Of a DNA stretch of 64,000 nt, positions 19,730 to 32,262 are shown one piece after another. Source of the stretch: an uncultured Actinomycetota bacterium. GTDB lineage: Bacteria > Actinomycetota > Actinomycetes > Mycobacteriales > Mycobacteriaceae. The stretch is taken from assembly GCA_963760095.1 (NCBI GenBank), contig CAVXBT010000014.1, positions 64,359-128,358 on the forward strand. Direction: 5' to 3'. Within the stretch, counting starts at the first letter, position 1; each line of letters opens with the position of its first letter. The notes beneath the pieces are model-generated. The model was not told the origin of the DNA. It searched no databases and was given only the letters and a program-made list of their open reading frames with translations. A program made the translations under genes and the position numbers.

Positions 19730-22662
19730 TCAGCGCGCCAGCGAGCACCGAACCCACGAAACCGCCGTTCGTGCCGCGGACGATCCATCGGCTGGCGGTG
19801 CCCATCATTTTGGCGTGGATAGCGATTGTTTTCCTGGTGAACTTCACCATTCCACCGCTGGAGAAGGTTGCGGAACAACGTCAGGTTTCACTGAGCCCCA
19901 AAGACGCGCCCTCGGTCGAAGCCATGGAGCGCATGGGCAAGAAATTCAAAGAGTCTGATTCCGACAGTTTCGCGATGGTCGTGTTGGAAGGCGATCACCA
20001 CCTCGACGACGATGCGCACCGGTACTACGACACCATGATGCGTCAGTTCAAGGCCGACCCGGCGCATATCCAACATGTGCAGGATTTCTGGGGAGACCCG
20101 CTGACGGCGCCGGGCGCAGAAAGCAAGGACGGCAAAGCCGTCTACGTACAACTCAACCTCGCCGGCAACCAAGGTACGACCTTGGGTGACCAATCATTAA
20201 AAGCTGTCCGCGACATCGTGAACCGATTACCTCCGCCAAAAGGAGTGACGACCTATGTGACCGGCCCTGCGGCGCTGGTGACAGACATGCATCACAGCGG
20301 CAACAGCACCCTCGTAAAGATCACTGTCGTAACGCTTTTGGTGATTTTAACCATGCTGCTTTTGGTCTACCGCTCTGTCATTACCGTGGTTCTGCTGCTG
20401 GTCATGGTTTTCGTTGAGCTACAGGCGGCACAGGGCATCGTCGCATTCCTGGGATATCACCAGCTGATCGGGCTTTCCACCTTCGCGGTGAATCTGTTGG
20501 TGTCGCTGGGAATTGCGGCCGGAACCGACTACGGCATCTTCTTCTTCGGCCGTTATCAAGAGGCGCGTCAACTTGGTGAAGATCGTGAGAGCGCGTTCTA
20601 CACGACGTACCGCGGGGTCGCCCACGTCGTCCTTGCCTCAGGTTTGACGATCGCGGGCGCGACGTTCTGCCTGAGCTTCTGCCGGATGCCGTACTTCCAG
20701 ACTTTAGGTGTGCCATGTGCAGTGGGCATGCTGGTCGCGGTTGCTGTCGCGCTCACTCTGGTGCCGGCCGTCATCGTGGTCGGTGGTCGTTTTGGACTGT
20801 TCGACCCCAAACGAAAGATCCGGACGCGTGGTTGGCGGCGGGTAGGCACGGCGGTGGTGCGCTGGCCCCTGCCGATTCTTGCGGCGGCGTGCGGGGTTGC
20901 CCTCATCGGCCTGATAACACTGCCGGGATACAAGACCAGCTACGACGACCGCCAGTACATACCGCACGACATCGCTGCCAACAAGGGATACGACGCAGCG
21001 GAGCGGCATTTCTCCCAGGCCCGGCTGATGCCCGAAGTCATGCTGGTCGAATCCGATCACGATATGCGCGATCCCACGGACTTCCTGGTCATCGATAAAT
21101 TAGCCAAGGGCATCTTCAAGGTTCCCGGGGTCTCCAGGGTGCAGGCCATCACCCGCCCCGAGGGCACGGCGATGGAACACACGTCGATTCCTTTCCAGCT
21201 CAGCATGCAAAACGCCGGGCAGGTACAGACCATGAAGTTCCAAAAAGCCCGCATGGACGACATGCTCAAGCAGGCCGACGAGCTCGAGGTCACGCTCAAT
21301 CGGATGAAGCACATGTACGGCCTCATGACGAAGCTCACCGGTGTCACGCACAAAATGGTCGGCGAGACCAAGGAGATGCAGGCCGTCACCGAAGAGTTGC
21401 GCGATGACATCGCCGACTTCGACGACTTCTACCGGCCGATCCGCAGCTACTTCTACTGGGAAAAGCACTGCTACGACATCCCGAGCTGTTGGGCACTGCG
21501 ATCCGTCTTCAACGCCATCGACGGTGTCGACGAGATCGACGAGAAATTCCAGGTGCTCACCAAAGACTTCGATCAGCTCGATTCGCTTATGCCGCAAATG
21601 ATTGCGGAGTTCCCGCCGATGATCGACAGCATGGAATCCATGCGCACGATGATGCTCACCATGCACAGCACCATGTCCGGAATCTTCGGCCAGATGGACG
21701 AGATGAGCGACAACGCCACAGCCATGGGCCACGCCTTCGACGGCGCGAAAAACGACGACTCGTTCTACCTGCCGCCGGAAGTGTTCAAGAACAAGGACTT
21801 TAAACGAGCGCTGAACAACTTCTTCTCGCCGGACGGCAAGGCGATGCGCCTGATCATTTCGCACCGAGGAGATCCGGCAACGCCAGAGGGCATCGCGCGC
21901 ATCGACTTGATCAAGCAAGCCGCCGAGGAATCGCTCAAGGGGACTCCCCTCGAGGACGCCAAGATCTACCTCGCCGGAACCGCGGCCACCTTCAAGGACT
22001 GGAAAGACGGCTCGAAGTACGACCTGTGGATCGCCGGAATCGGTTCGCTCTGTTTGATTTTTATCATCATGCTGATCATCACCCGAAGTCTTATCGCCGC
22101 TCTGGTGATCGTCGGCACGGTGGCGATATCGCTGGGTGCCTCATTCGGCCTGTCGGTGCTGGTGTGGCAGTACCTGCTGGGATTCAGGTTGCACTGGATG
22201 GTGCTGGCGATGTCCGTGATCATCCTTCTCGCGGTCGGATCAGACTACAACCTGCTGCTGGTGTCCCGGTTCAAAGAGGAAATCGGGGCCGGGCTGAAGA
22301 CCGGCATCATCCGTGCCATGGGCGGCACCGGCAAAGTGGTGACGTCGGCAGGACTGGTGTTCGCCTTCACCATGGGATCCATGGTGGTCAGCGACCTGCG
22401 CATCATCGGTCAGGTAGGTACCACCATCGGCCTGGGCCTGTTGTTCGACACGTTGGTGGTCCGGTCGTTCATGACGCCAGCCATCGCCGCGCTGCTCGGA
22501 CGCTGGTTCTGGTGGCCGATCAAGGTGCGACCCCGGCCGGCCAGCACGATGCTGCGACCTTCCGGGCCCCGTCCGCTGGTGCGGGCCCTCTTGAACGGCG
22601 ACGGTGTGCGCGGGAGCGACGACGCCAACACAGCGCCCCTGCCGAAAGCGACAACCGGGTAA
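19726..22662 (+). CDS. mmpL: MmpL (RND) transporter, MmpL4/5-like
   Basis: [36 protein letters not shown]; 978 aa. Confidence 0.95.
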   Translation: MISAPASTEPTKPPFVPRTIHRLAVPIILAWIAIVFLVNFTIPPLEKVAEQRQVSLSPKDAPSVEAMERMGKKFKESDSDSFAMVVLEGDHHLDDDAHRYYDTMMRQFKADPAHIQHVQDFWGDPLTAPGAESKDGKAVYVQLNLAGNQGTTLGDQSLKAVRDIVNRLPPPKGVTTYVTGPAALVTDMHHSGNSTLVKITVVTLLVILTMLLLVYRSVITVVLLLVMVFVELQAAQGIVAFLGYHQLIGLSTFAVNLLVSLGIAAGTDYGIFFFGRYQEARQLGEDRESAFYTTYRGVAHVVLASGLTIAGATFCLSFCRMPYFQTLGVPCAVGMLVAVAVALTLVPAVIVVGGRFGLFDPKRKIRTRGWRRVGTAVVRWPLPILAAACGVALIGLITLPGYKTSYDDRQYIPHDIAANKGYDAAERHFSQARLMPEVMLVESDHDMRDPTDFLVIDKLAKGIFKVPGVSRVQAITRPEGTAMEHTSIPFQLSMQNAGQVQTMKFQKARMDDMLKQADELEVTLNRMKHMYGLMTKLTGVTHKMVGETKEMQAVTEELRDDIADFDDFYRPIRSYFYWEKHCYDIPSCWALRSVFNAIDGVDEIDEKFQVLTKDFDQLDSLMPQMIAEFPPMIDSMESMRTMMLTMHSTMSGIFGQMDEMSDNATAMGHAFDGAKNDDSFYLPPEVFKNKDFKRALNNFFSPDGKAMRLIISHRGDPATPEGIARIDLIKQAAEESLKGTPLEDAKIYLAGTAATFKDWKDGSKYDLWIAGIGSLCLIFIIMLIITRSLIAALVIVGTVAISLGASFGLSVLVWQYLLGFRLHWMVLAMSVIILLAVGSDYNLLLVSRFKEEIGAGLKTGIIRAMGGTGKVVTSAGLVFAFTMGSMVVSDLRIIGQVGTTIGLGLLFDTLVVRSFMTPAIAALLGRWFWWPIKVRPRPASTMLRPSGPRPLVRALLNGDGVRGSDDANTAPLPKATTG

Positions 22663-22690
22663 TTGCGCGGCTGACGACGTAGTCGACGGG

Positions 22691-25624
22691 TTACCGCTGT
22701 TGCACCAATCCACCGGGCGGGTGTTCGTCGACGTCCTTGAGTAGCAGCTCACGCACCGCCGGACGCGGTCCGTACGGCCGCAGCATGCTGCTGGCCGGCC
22801 GCGGACGCACGTGTTGCGGCCACCAGAACCACCGCCCGAGCAACGTGGCCAGCGACGGCGTCATGAACGATCGCACGATCAGGGTGTCGAACAACAGACC
22901 CAGCGCGATCGTGGTGCCTACCTGGGCCATCACCTTCAGCGGGCTGAAGGCGAACGTGGCCATGGTGGCGGCGAATACCAGACCGGCAGAAGTCACCACC
23001 GAACCCGAGCCGGCCATGGCGCGAATCGTGCCCGTCTTGAGTCCGGCGTGAATCTCTTCTTTGAATCGGGATATCAACAGCAGGTTGTAGTCCGACCCGA
23101 CCGCCAGCAGCAGGATGATCGCCATCGCCAGCACCATCCAGTGCAGCTCGATCCCGAGGATGTATTGCCAGAGCAGTACCGAGAGTCCGAATGAGGCGCC
23201 CAGCGAGAGCAGCACGGTACCCACGATGACCAAGGCCGCCACAACGGCTCGGGTGATGATCAGCATGATGACGAAAATCAAGGTGGCCGCGGCAATTCCG
23301 GCGATCAACAGGTCGATGTTGGAGCCGTCGTGCATGTCCTTGTATGTCGCGGCGGTGCCGCCAAGGTAGACCTTGGAGCCCTCCCACGGGGTGCCCTTGA
23401 TCGCCTCGTGCACGGCCTGCTTGATCGGGGTGATGTGGCTGACGCCCTCAGGGGTCGCTGGGTCGCCTTCGTGCGAGATGATCAGTCGGACGGCATGGCC
23501 GTCGGGCGAGATGAACTGCTTGAGACCGCGCGTGAAATCTGGGCTCTTGAACGCCTCCGGCGGAAGATAGAACGTGTCGTCGTTCTTCGCTTTGTCGAAC
23601 GCATCGCCCTGGGCGGTGGCGTTGTCGGACTGCGCTTTCGCCTGGTCGTTGAGACCCGTCGTCGTCGCATAGTTCGACATGATGGTCTGGAGGTTTGCCT
23701 CCTGGCTGGCTATCTGCGGCGGTATCAGCGCCACCAGCTGCGGCTGGATTTTGTCCAACTTGTCGAGATTTGCGCTGAGGTTCTCAATGTTCTCAGTCAC
23801 TGCGTCGATGCCGTCGAGCGCGTTGAAGATGGATCGCAACGCCCAGCAGCTCGGGATGTCGAAGCAGTGCTTCTCCCAGTAGAAATAGCTGCGAATCGGC
23901 CGGAAGAAGTCGTCGAAGACAGCGATGTCGTCGCGCAACGCCTCGGTGATCTGCACGGTTTGTTTGGTGAGGATTACCGTTTGGTGGGTGGTATCGCTGA
24001 GGTCTTGCGTGGTTTTCATCTGCTGGTGCAGCGTTGCCATCGTTTTCCGGAGCTCGTCTGCTTGCTTCAGCAGGTTCTTCGCTTGCTCCTCTTGGTAGTG
24101 CTGGGTCTGGATCCGGCCCGCGGCCTGCGCGCCCATCTGGAAACCGAGAGTGCTGTGGTCGAGCGGCGTGCCCAGCGGCCGGGTGATCGTCTGCACGCGG
24201 CCGATACCGGGGATGTGGAAGACCGCTTTGGCAACCTTGTCCAGGACCAGGAAGTCGGCCGAGTTACGCAAGTCGTGATCGGTCTCGATCATCAACAGTT
24301 CGGGATTCAGCCGGGCCTGGTTGAAATGTTTGTCGGCGACCGCGTAGCCGACGTTGGCCGGGGTGTCCGGCGGCAAGTAGTGACGGTTGTCGTAGTCCGT
24401 CTTGTAGCCGGGCAGAGCCAGCAGGCCGACCAGCGCGATCGCGATCGTCACCGCGAGAACCGGTGCGGGCCAGCGGACGATGGCGGTGCCGATGCGACGC
24501 CAGCCCTGGGTCTGCATCCTGCGCTTCGGGTCCAGCAGCTTGAAGAACGAAGCCACCGTCAGCACCGCCGGGCCCAAGGTCAACGCCGCCAAGACCGCGA
24601 CCAGCATGCCGACCGCACAGGGCACGCCCAGCGACTCGAAATAGGGCAACCGGCAGAAGCTCAAGCAGTACATCGCGCCGGCGATGGTCAGCCCCGACCC
24701 CAGCACGACATGCGCCGTGCTGTGGAACATCGTGTAGAACGCCTCTTCACGCGTCTCACCCAGGCCACGGGCCTCGTGGTAACGGCCGACTATGAAGATC
24801 GCGTAGTCCGTTCCGGCAGCGATCGCCAGCAACACCAGCATGTTGTTGGCGAACGTGGAAAGCCCCATGATTCCGTAGTTCCCCAGCGTCGCGACGACAC
24901 CTCGCGCCGCCAGCAACTCGACGAACACCATGAACAGCATGATCATCACGGTGCTCACTGACCGGTAGACGAACAGCAGCATCACGATGATCACCAGAAG
25001 GGTGACCAAGGTGACTTTCGCGACGCCCTTCTCACCCGCGTGGGACTGATCGGCCATCAGCGGACCCGCCCCAGTGACATAGGCCTTGATCCCCGGTGGC
25101 GCAGGCACCGAGTTCACGATCTTGCGGACGGCTTCGGTGGATTCGGTGGACAGACCGCCGCCCATGTTGCCAGCGAGATAGACCTGGACGTAGGCAGCCT
25201 TTTGGTCGTGGCTCTGGGAGCCCGCCGCGGTGAGCGGATCACTCCAGAAATCCTGGATGTGCTGGACATGCTTTTTGTCTTGCTCGAGCCGCTTGACGAT
25301 CTCGTCGTAATAGCGGTGCGCCTCCGGCCCTAGCGGCTTGTCGCCCTCCAGCAGGATCATTGCCGAGCTGTCGGAGCTGAACTCGTTGAACGTTTTTCCG
25401 ACGCGCATCATCGACTGGAAGGACGGCGCGTCTTTGGGACTCATCGACACCGAGTGGTTCTTGGAGACAACCTCCAGTTGCGGCGCCACGGTGTTGGTCA
25501 CGAAGACAATGCCCAACCAGATAAGGACGATCGGCAGCGCCAGCCGATGGATCCACTTCGGCAGGAACGGCGGGATCAGCGGCTGGGAGACGGGAGGCGG
25601 CGCAGCCTCGGTGGTCTCGCTCAT
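22691..25624 (-). CDS. mmpL: MmpL (RND) transporter, second paralog, convergent
   Basis: [36 protein letters not shown]. Confidence 0.95.
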   Translation of the reverse strand: MSETTEAAPPPVSQPLIPPFLPKWIHRLALPIVLIWLGIVFVTNTVAPQLEVVSKNHSVSMSPKDAPSFQSMMRVGKTFNEFSSDSSAMILLEGDKPLGPEAHRYYDEIVKRLEQDKKHVQHIQDFWSDPLTAAGSQSHDQKAAYVQVYLAGNMGGGLSTESTEAVRKIVNSVPAPPGIKAYVTGAGPLMADQSHAGEKGVAKVTLVTLLVIIVMLLFVYRSVSTVMIMLFMVFVELLAARGVVATLGNYGIMGLSTFANNMLVLLAIAAGTDYAIFIVGRYHEARGLGETREEAFYTMFHSTAHVVLGSGLTIAGAMYCLSFCRLPYFESLGVPCAVGMLVAVLAALTLGPAVLTVASFFKLLDPKRRMQTQGWRRIGTAIVRWPAPVLAVTIAIALVGLLALPGYKTDYDNRHYLPPDTPANVGYAVADKHFNQARLNPELLMIETDHDLRNSADFLVLDKVAKAVFHIPGIGRVQTITRPLGTPLDHSTLGFQMGAQAAGRIQTQHYQEEQAKNLLKQADELRKTMATLHQQMKTTQDLSDTTHQTVILTKQTVQITEALRDDIAVFDDFFRPIRSYFYWEKHCFDIPSCWALRSIFNALDGIDAVTENIENLSANLDKLDKIQPQLVALIPPQIASQEANLQTIMSNYATTTGLNDQAKAQSDNATAQGDAFDKAKNDDTFYLPPEAFKSPDFTRGLKQFISPDGHAVRLIISHEGDPATPEGVSHITPIKQAVHEAIKGTPWEGSKVYLGGTAATYKDMHDGSNIDLLIAGIAAATLIFVIMLIITRAVVAALVIVGTVLLSLGASFGLSVLLWQYILGIELHWMVLAMAIILLLAVGSDYNLLLISRFKEEIHAGLKTGTIRAMAGSGSVVTSAGLVFAATMATFAFSPLKVMAQVGTTIALGLLFDTLIVRSFMTPSLATLLGRWFWWPQHVRPRPASSMLRPYGPRPAVRELLLKDVDEHPPGGLVQQR

Positions 25625-26178
25625 GCGGACTTGTCCAGGCAATAGACGAAGGCATTCACTGTTTCGTTGGGGGGCGAGTGGTTCGGAGCCTTGATGACGT
25701 CACCGCGCCCGTCGTGGTTGTTCACGACGAACCGGCAGGCGATCCAACTGCCGTCTCCTTGCGCTACCAGGTTGGCCGGGATGCCGGGTTTCGTTGACTT
25801 CAAAACGGTATTCCAGGGCAACGGCACGTTGAGAGCCTGCTGCGGATGGGAGTTCTCATCGAGGTAGTTGATGGTTGCCCTGCTGCCCGGTGAGCCCCAG
25901 ACCTCGAGTGTGATCGTCTTGGCGTTGAACTGGTCGATGACGTCAGCGGTCGAGCCACCACCGAACGAACCCTTGTGAACGCCAAAGACGCCGTGCAACC
26001 GGTGCACGACGAATCCGGACAGTGCGACGACAGCCACGATCACAAGCACAAGCCAGAATCGAGTGAGCAGACGAGCCAGTGGCCTCCGTTTGACCGCCCG
26101 CCGAGGGGCGACCTTCTCTCCGTGAACGCCGGGATCCTGGGTCGCCATTGGCTCGGTCCTCGGCTCGGTGGTCGTCAT
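25621..26178 (-). CDS. mmpS: MmpS family membrane protein, second paralog
   Basis: TM helix, [15 protein letters not shown]...NLVAQG...ACRF. Overlaps the mmpL start. Confidence 0.9.
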   Translation of the reverse strand: MTTTEPRTEPMATQDPGVHGEKVAPRRAVKRRPLARLLTRFWLVLVIVAVVALSGFVVHRLHGVFGVHKGSFGGGSTADVIDQFNAKTITLEVWGSPGSRATINYLDENSHPQQALNVPLPWNTVLKSTKPGIPANLVAQGDGSWIACRFVVNNHDGRGDVIKAPNHSPPNETVNAFVYCLDKSA

Positions 26179-26386
26179 GGGTGCGTCTTCCAATTCCTTA
26201 ACCAGGGGCGAAGCGTGCTCAACTAGTTAGCCTATGTGTAACCTTAGCTACTCTAAACGGAATAGGCGACTGAGAGAAACCGGTTGGTGCTTAGGGATGA
26301 TGCCGGTGACGGGCGAGGAGGATTCGGTGACGATGAGTGCCAGCACGACGGTCGGACGCAGCATCAAAAACGGTAGGATTCCGCGC

Positions 26387-26725
26387 ATGAAGTCTTCCAG
26401 GTTCGGGGTTATTGCGGCCGCCGCCATCGCCGCGGCGATCGGCTTGTCCGCGCCGGCGTACGCCGACCCGGACACCGATTTCGACAATCAGCTTGGGAGA
26501 TTCGGCATCTACGGGGCGCACGACTACAACCCCTACATCGCCAAGATTGCCTGCCGGCGGCTTGGTCAGGGCGTCGACCCCGACGCTGCGGCGACCGCTA
26601 AGTTCATCTCCAACAACCTTGCGAGAGGCACCACGCAGGTGCAGGCGTATCAGTTCCTCGGCACCGCGATCAGCATCTACTGCCCCGACCTGGCGCCCAA
26701 GCTCCAGAACATTCCCGCGCACTAG
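26387..26725 (+). CDS. DUF732 domain secreted protein
   Basis: Signal peptide AYA-DPDTDF, IAKIACRRL...AISIYCP. TAGGAT -10 hexamer 7 nt before the ATG. Confidence 0.8.
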   Translation: MKSSRFGVIAAAAIAAAIGLSAPAYADPDTDFDNQLGRFGIYGAHDYNPYIAKIACRRLGQGVDPDAAATAKFISNNLARGTTQVQAYQFLGTAISIYCPDLAPKLQNIPAH

Positions 26726-26727
26726 CT

Positions 26728-27786
26728 CTAAGCCGTCGGCACGACGCCTCGCGGCAGCGTCAACGGCAGATCGGCGTAAGTGGCGATTCCCGGCGCCGCG
26801 GCAACGACTCCGGGGATCGCGTTGATCGCGGGCATCGCCGTCATGATGTGACCGAGGTCCATGAATTCCTCGAGCGTCGTGGCCTCGAAGTAAGGCGGCG
26901 GCAGGAAACCGACCTTGGTTGTCACCGTGGGCTGCCCGTCGATCTGGATGACCCAGCCGTCCTGGTCGATCTTCCAGTCGGGTTCAAGGGTCTGGCCTTT
27001 GCGCCAGCGGACGTTGAGGTCGATCACAGTCTTGCCGCCGGCGATGCCCTGCCAGCTGATATAGACGCCGGCGACGCATCCGGCGCCGATGGTCCACGAC
27101 GCCATTTCGAGATCGGCCGTGGTTTGGGCGAACTCGGCCACACACCGCACGTCGTCGAGCTCGACGCCGAGCGCGTCGCCCACCAACCGGACGGCTTCAC
27201 CGAAGATGGCCGTCCCCTTAGCCGCCATCGCCTGCAGCTCGGGGTGGTCGATCGGCTGCCCGAAGCCCACCGGCTTCTCGGTCGCCGGTGAGTCGTAGAA
27301 CGTGGTGTCGGCCGCCTCGTTGACAGTGACCTTGTCGACCCGGTTGCACACCATCGCCGACACGATCGCCAACAGCTCGGCGAAGCCCGGGCTGACGCCG
27401 GACCCGAAGATCGTGGAGCCGCCTTTCTCGCAGGCCTCCAAGAGTCGATCGCGGCCCACGCCCAGGTTGTGTCCGGTGATGAACGACGCCGTGGTCACCA
27501 CGTTGACGCCCGCGGACAGGATCCGGACCAGCTCGTCGACGTCGATCCACATCGGGTTGTAGACCACGCAGTCCGGCTTCAAGGCGAGTAGCGCGTCAAT
27601 GTCGTTGGTGGCCGCAACGCCCACCGGCGGGATCCCGACGAGTTCGCCGGCATCGCGGCCGACCTTCTCCGCTGACCAGGCGTAACACCCCACCAATTCG
27701 TAGCTGGGGTTGGCCACGATCGATTTCAGCGAGCTTTTGCCGACGTTTCCGGTGTTCCACTGGACGACTCGGTAGTTGTTTGGCAC
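26728..27786 (-). CDS. Dihydrodipicolinate reductase-like / DAP-DH family NAD(P)-dependent oxidoreductase
   Basis: RVVQWNTGNVG Rossmann start, GSGVSPG, TAMPAINAIP. TATGCT -10 hexamer 6 nt before the GTG. Confidence 0.85.
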   Translation of the reverse strand: MPNNYRVVQWNTGNVGKSSLKSIVANPSYELVGCYAWSAEKVGRDAGELVGIPPVGVAATNDIDALLALKPDCVVYNPMWIDVDELVRILSAGVNVVTTASFITGHNLGVGRDRLLEACEKGGSTIFGSGVSPGFAELLAIVSAMVCNRVDKVTVNEAADTTFYDSPATEKPVGFGQPIDHPELQAMAAKGTAIFGEAVRLVGDALGVELDDVRCVAEFAQTTADLEMASWTIGAGCVAGVYISWQGIAGGKTVIDLNVRWRKGQTLEPDWKIDQDGWVIQIDGQPTVTTKVGFLPPPYFEATTLEEFMDLGHIMTAMPAINAIPGVVAAAPGIATYADLPLTLPRGVVPTA

Positions 27787-27831
27787 TCGCTCAGCATAGG
27801 GAAGCGCGGCCAAACGGGAACGGGATCTCAC

Positions 27832-28416
27832 TCACGATTTGGCCGGTTCAGCGGCGACGCCGGTGAGCACTTGATTTACCAGGCGTTCGGCGAAGTCGTC
27901 GTCAACCGGCTCACCCGTGAGCAGCAGGCGGCCGTGAATGGGAGCGACCAGCATCTCGAGCAGTAGTCGGGCGTCAATGTCGGCGCGTACGTCGCCACGC
28001 TCGATCCCACGCATCACCACGGGAGACAACGCGTCCAGACGACGCGCCCAGAAGACTTCGCGCGCGCCGGCGGAGGCGTCGTCGACCGGAAGCAGCGCCG
28101 CGCGCAGCACCGCCGTGCCCTCGGCCGAGCCCACGTAGGCGATCACGCCCCGGACCATCGCCAGAAGATCCTCGCGGGTCGAACCCGTGTCTGGAGCGGG
28201 AATGGCCTCGGCGCTTCGTTCGAGCAAGGCCGCCAACAGCAGGTTCTCCCTGGTTACCCAGCGGCGATAGACGGTGGTTTCGTGGACGCCCGAGCGCTTG
28301 GCGACCCCGGCTACGGTGGCGCCGTCGAAACCGTTGGCGGCCAACTCCTCGAACGCGGCGGCCAAGACGTTCTGGCGGACATGCTCGCCACGGCGATGCG
28401 ATACGCCTGAGGTCAC
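27832..28416 (-). CDS. TetR family transcriptional regulator
   Basis: VAKRSGVHETTVYRRW HTH and TetR_C-type C-terminus. Confidence 0.9.
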   Translation of the reverse strand: MTSGVSHRRGEHVRQNVLAAAFEELAANGFDGATVAGVAKRSGVHETTVYRRWVTRENLLLAALLERSAEAIPAPDTGSTREDLLAMVRGVIAYVGSAEGTAVLRAALLPVDDASAGAREVFWARRLDALSPVVMRGIERGDVRADIDARLLLEMLVAPIHGRLLLTGEPVDDDFAERLVNQVLTGVAAEPAKS

Positions 28417-28428
28417 GCGATCAAGATT

Positions 28429-28491
28429 ATCGCAACTTTACTTGCAATAGCGGTTCCAGCGGGTGCATGCTATTGCAAGTTAACTTGCGAT
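28429..28491. promoter_or_regulatory. Paired palindromic TetR operators
   Basis: ATCGCAACTTTACTTGCAATAGC (28429-28451) matches the reverse complement of 28469-28491 at 21/23. The core GCAAGTTAACTTGC is a perfect palindrome. Confidence 0.75.
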
Positions 28492-28501
28492 AGGAGCGGC
28501 C

Positions 28502-29719
28502 ATGGACATTTCAGCACCTCGGATCGACTGCACCGGCGCCACCCCGCCGATCGGCTATCGCCGGTTCCACCCCGACGTCAGCATCAACTTCCAATGCAAC
28601 CGCTGGGTGCAGTGGATCGGCGCGTCGGCCATCGACGAGGTGACCGAGTTGGCGGCGGTCGCCAATACTTACCCGGAGTTGATCGACGCCTTTCTCGCCC
28701 TGGCCGAGCAGGCCCGCGCGGCCGATCGCGCGTTCGCTGGCGCGTACTACGACCGGGCAGCCGAGTTCTTCATGACAGCGACCGACCCGCGCCGCCCGGG
28801 CGCGCGCACCCGGTTCCTGGAGGCGATGCGGACCATCTATGACGTGGCGCCCGATTTTGTTCCATTCCGGTCCGGTGCTTTGCCCGCCTACGACCTGCGA
28901 CCGGACCGCCAGATCGGGGCCCCGATCGTCATGTTCGGCGGATTCGACAGCTACGTCGAAGAGTTCCTGCCGATGATCGCCGGCTTGGTCGACGCGGGCC
29001 GGCGCATCGTCGTGTTCGAGGGTCCGGGGCAGGGCAGCGCACTCGAGGACTTCGGCCTCACGATGATCCCCGAGTGGGAGCAGCCGGTGGCCGCCGTCCT
29101 CGACCACTACGGACTCGATGATGTTGCCGCCGTTGGAATCTCGCTGGGCGGAGGTCTGGTGATCCGGGCAGCCGCCTTCGAGCCGCGGATCAGCCGTGTG
29201 GTGGCTTTCGACATTCTCGACGACTTTTTCGAGACGATCGCGCGGCAAATCGGCCGCGGCGTCCGGATTCCGTTGCGCGCGTTGCTCACCGCGCGCGCAA
29301 GGCGGGTCATCAACGCCGTCGCCGACTGGGCAGTTGCTCGCAAGCCGGTTTCGGAGTGGGGACTGCAGCAGGGGATGCATGTCACCGGCACTGCCACGCC
29401 GTACGACTTCTTGCGCTCGACCACCCCGATGAACACCGGCAAAATCTCCAACCTGGTGCGCGCCGACGTGCTGCTGCTTGCCGGTGCCGACGACCACTAC
29501 GTGCCGCTCAAGCAGTTGGGTCGTCAGGTGGGCACGCTGTCGAACGCGCGATCGGTGACCACCCGGATCTTCAGCGCCGCCGAGCAGGCGAGCAACCACT
29601 GTCAGCTGGGCAATATCGGCGCGGTCGGCCGCCTCATCATGGTGTGGATGGATCTGACTGCCGGGTCAGTCCTCGACGGCGAGACCGCGGCGCGTGCGCC
29701 GGCGCCGATGCGTTCCTGA
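28502..29719 (+). CDS. Alpha/beta hydrolase, FrsA/DUF1100-like
   Basis: GGFDS, FEGPGQG, GISLGG nucleophile, ASNHCQLGN. Confidence 0.85.
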   Translation: MDISAPRIDCTGATPPIGYRRFHPDVSINFQCNRWVQWIGASAIDEVTELAAVANTYPELIDAFLALAEQARAADRAFAGAYYDRAAEFFMTATDPRRPGARTRFLEAMRTIYDVAPDFVPFRSGALPAYDLRPDRQIGAPIVMFGGFDSYVEEFLPMIAGLVDAGRRIVVFEGPGQGSALEDFGLTMIPEWEQPVAAVLDHYGLDDVAAVGISLGGGLVIRAAAFEPRISRVVAFDILDDFFETIARQIGRGVRIPLRALLTARARRVINAVADWAVARKPVSEWGLQQGMHVTGTATPYDFLRSTTPMNTGKISNLVRADVLLLAGADDHYVPLKQLGRQVGTLSNARSVTTRIFSAAEQASNHCQLGNIGAVGRLIMVWMDLTAGSVLDGETAARAPAPMRS

Positions 29720-30511
29720 GGATTTGCCGGTCGGGCGCCGGTTGCGCAATCCGGCCGCGGATGCGTCGGCCGCGACGGTGTCGTCGACTTCGGTGTCTTC
29801 GAAGGTGGGCTCGTCGTCAGGCGTCGACTCGGGTTCCACTGACGCCGACTGGACGTCGGGGCCTTGCGCGGTGACCTCGCCGGGCTGCGGTTCGTCAGCT
29901 GGCGTTTCTGACGTCTCGGCTTCATCGCCGTCAGCGTCCTCGGCGTCGGCGTCTTCGGCGTCGGCGGCCTCGGCCTCATCCGCGGCGGATTCTTCGGCCG
30001 CTTCGGTGTCTTCGGCCTCGCCGTCCTTCTTACGGCGTCGCCGCTGCACTTTCTCTTTCTTGGGCTTGATCGGTTTCGGCGGTGGCGGCGGCAGCTCGGC
30101 GACAAACGACAGGTAGAACCCGAAGATGCCGAGCACCGCGACCGCTGCCGCGGCGCCGTAAATGCCGAACAGCCATTGACCCACGTTGTCCAGGTTCAGC
30201 CAGATCTCGCTGATCGCTGTGCCGACAATCAGCACGCCGGCCAGCACGTGTGCCACGACCGACCCGGTCTGCAGCGTCAGCGCCAGCTGAGGCGTCCCGA
30301 ACTCCGGCTTGCGCGACCGCAGCAACGTGAACACCACTGGCAACGCGGCCAGCGCGATCACCAGGCCGGCGACAATGCGCGCCGCTGTGCCCAGAGCGTG
30401 CGAGGTGTCGCCCATCAGCTCGGGCCAACGCGGCAGAACGAAGAAGAAGTAGAGAAGACCGGCGGCGATCGAGAACGTCGCGTGCCACAACACGGCAGCC
30501 TTGCGTCCCAT
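29666..30511 (-). CDS. lucA: Lipid uptake coordinator LucA (Rv3723 ortholog)
   Basis: MGRKAAVLWHA start, four TM helices, poly-Pro and acidic tail. Adjacent to tRNA-Ser as in Mtb. Confidence 0.8.
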   Translation of the reverse strand: MGRKAAVLWHATFSIAAGLLYFFFVLPRWPELMGDTSHALGTAARIVAGLVIALAALPVVFTLLRSRKPEFGTPQLALTLQTGSVVAHVLAGVLIVGTAISEIWLNLDNVGQWLFGIYGAAAAVAVLGIFGFYLSFVAELPPPPPKPIKPKKEKVQRRRRKKDGEAEDTEAAEESAADEAEAADAEDADAEDADGDEAETSETPADEPQPGEVTAQGPDVQSASVEPESTPDDEPTFEDTEVDDTVAADASAAGLRNRRPTGKSSGTHRRRRTRRGLAVED

Positions 30512-30585
30512 GCGCCTCCTTGAGCTGGTATCCGGGAGCGACCAGACTCGGGTCGTACTGGCCTGGTCACACCGCGGATTGTGCG

Positions 30586-32202
<1,617 letters not shown>

Positions 32203-32262
32203 GTCGCGCCAGCGGACCCGCAGAATCCGCATCGTCACCCAGGCTGAGTAGCCTTGCTGACC

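Noticed and set aside
23330-24961. 543-aa plus-strand ORF
   Set aside because: Antisense shadow of the second mmpL, typical of high-GC codon bias; no recognisable motifs.
29930-30010. Low-complexity TCGGCG repeats
   Set aside because: They encode the acidic DAEDAD tail of LucA; not a CRISPR array or independent repeat.
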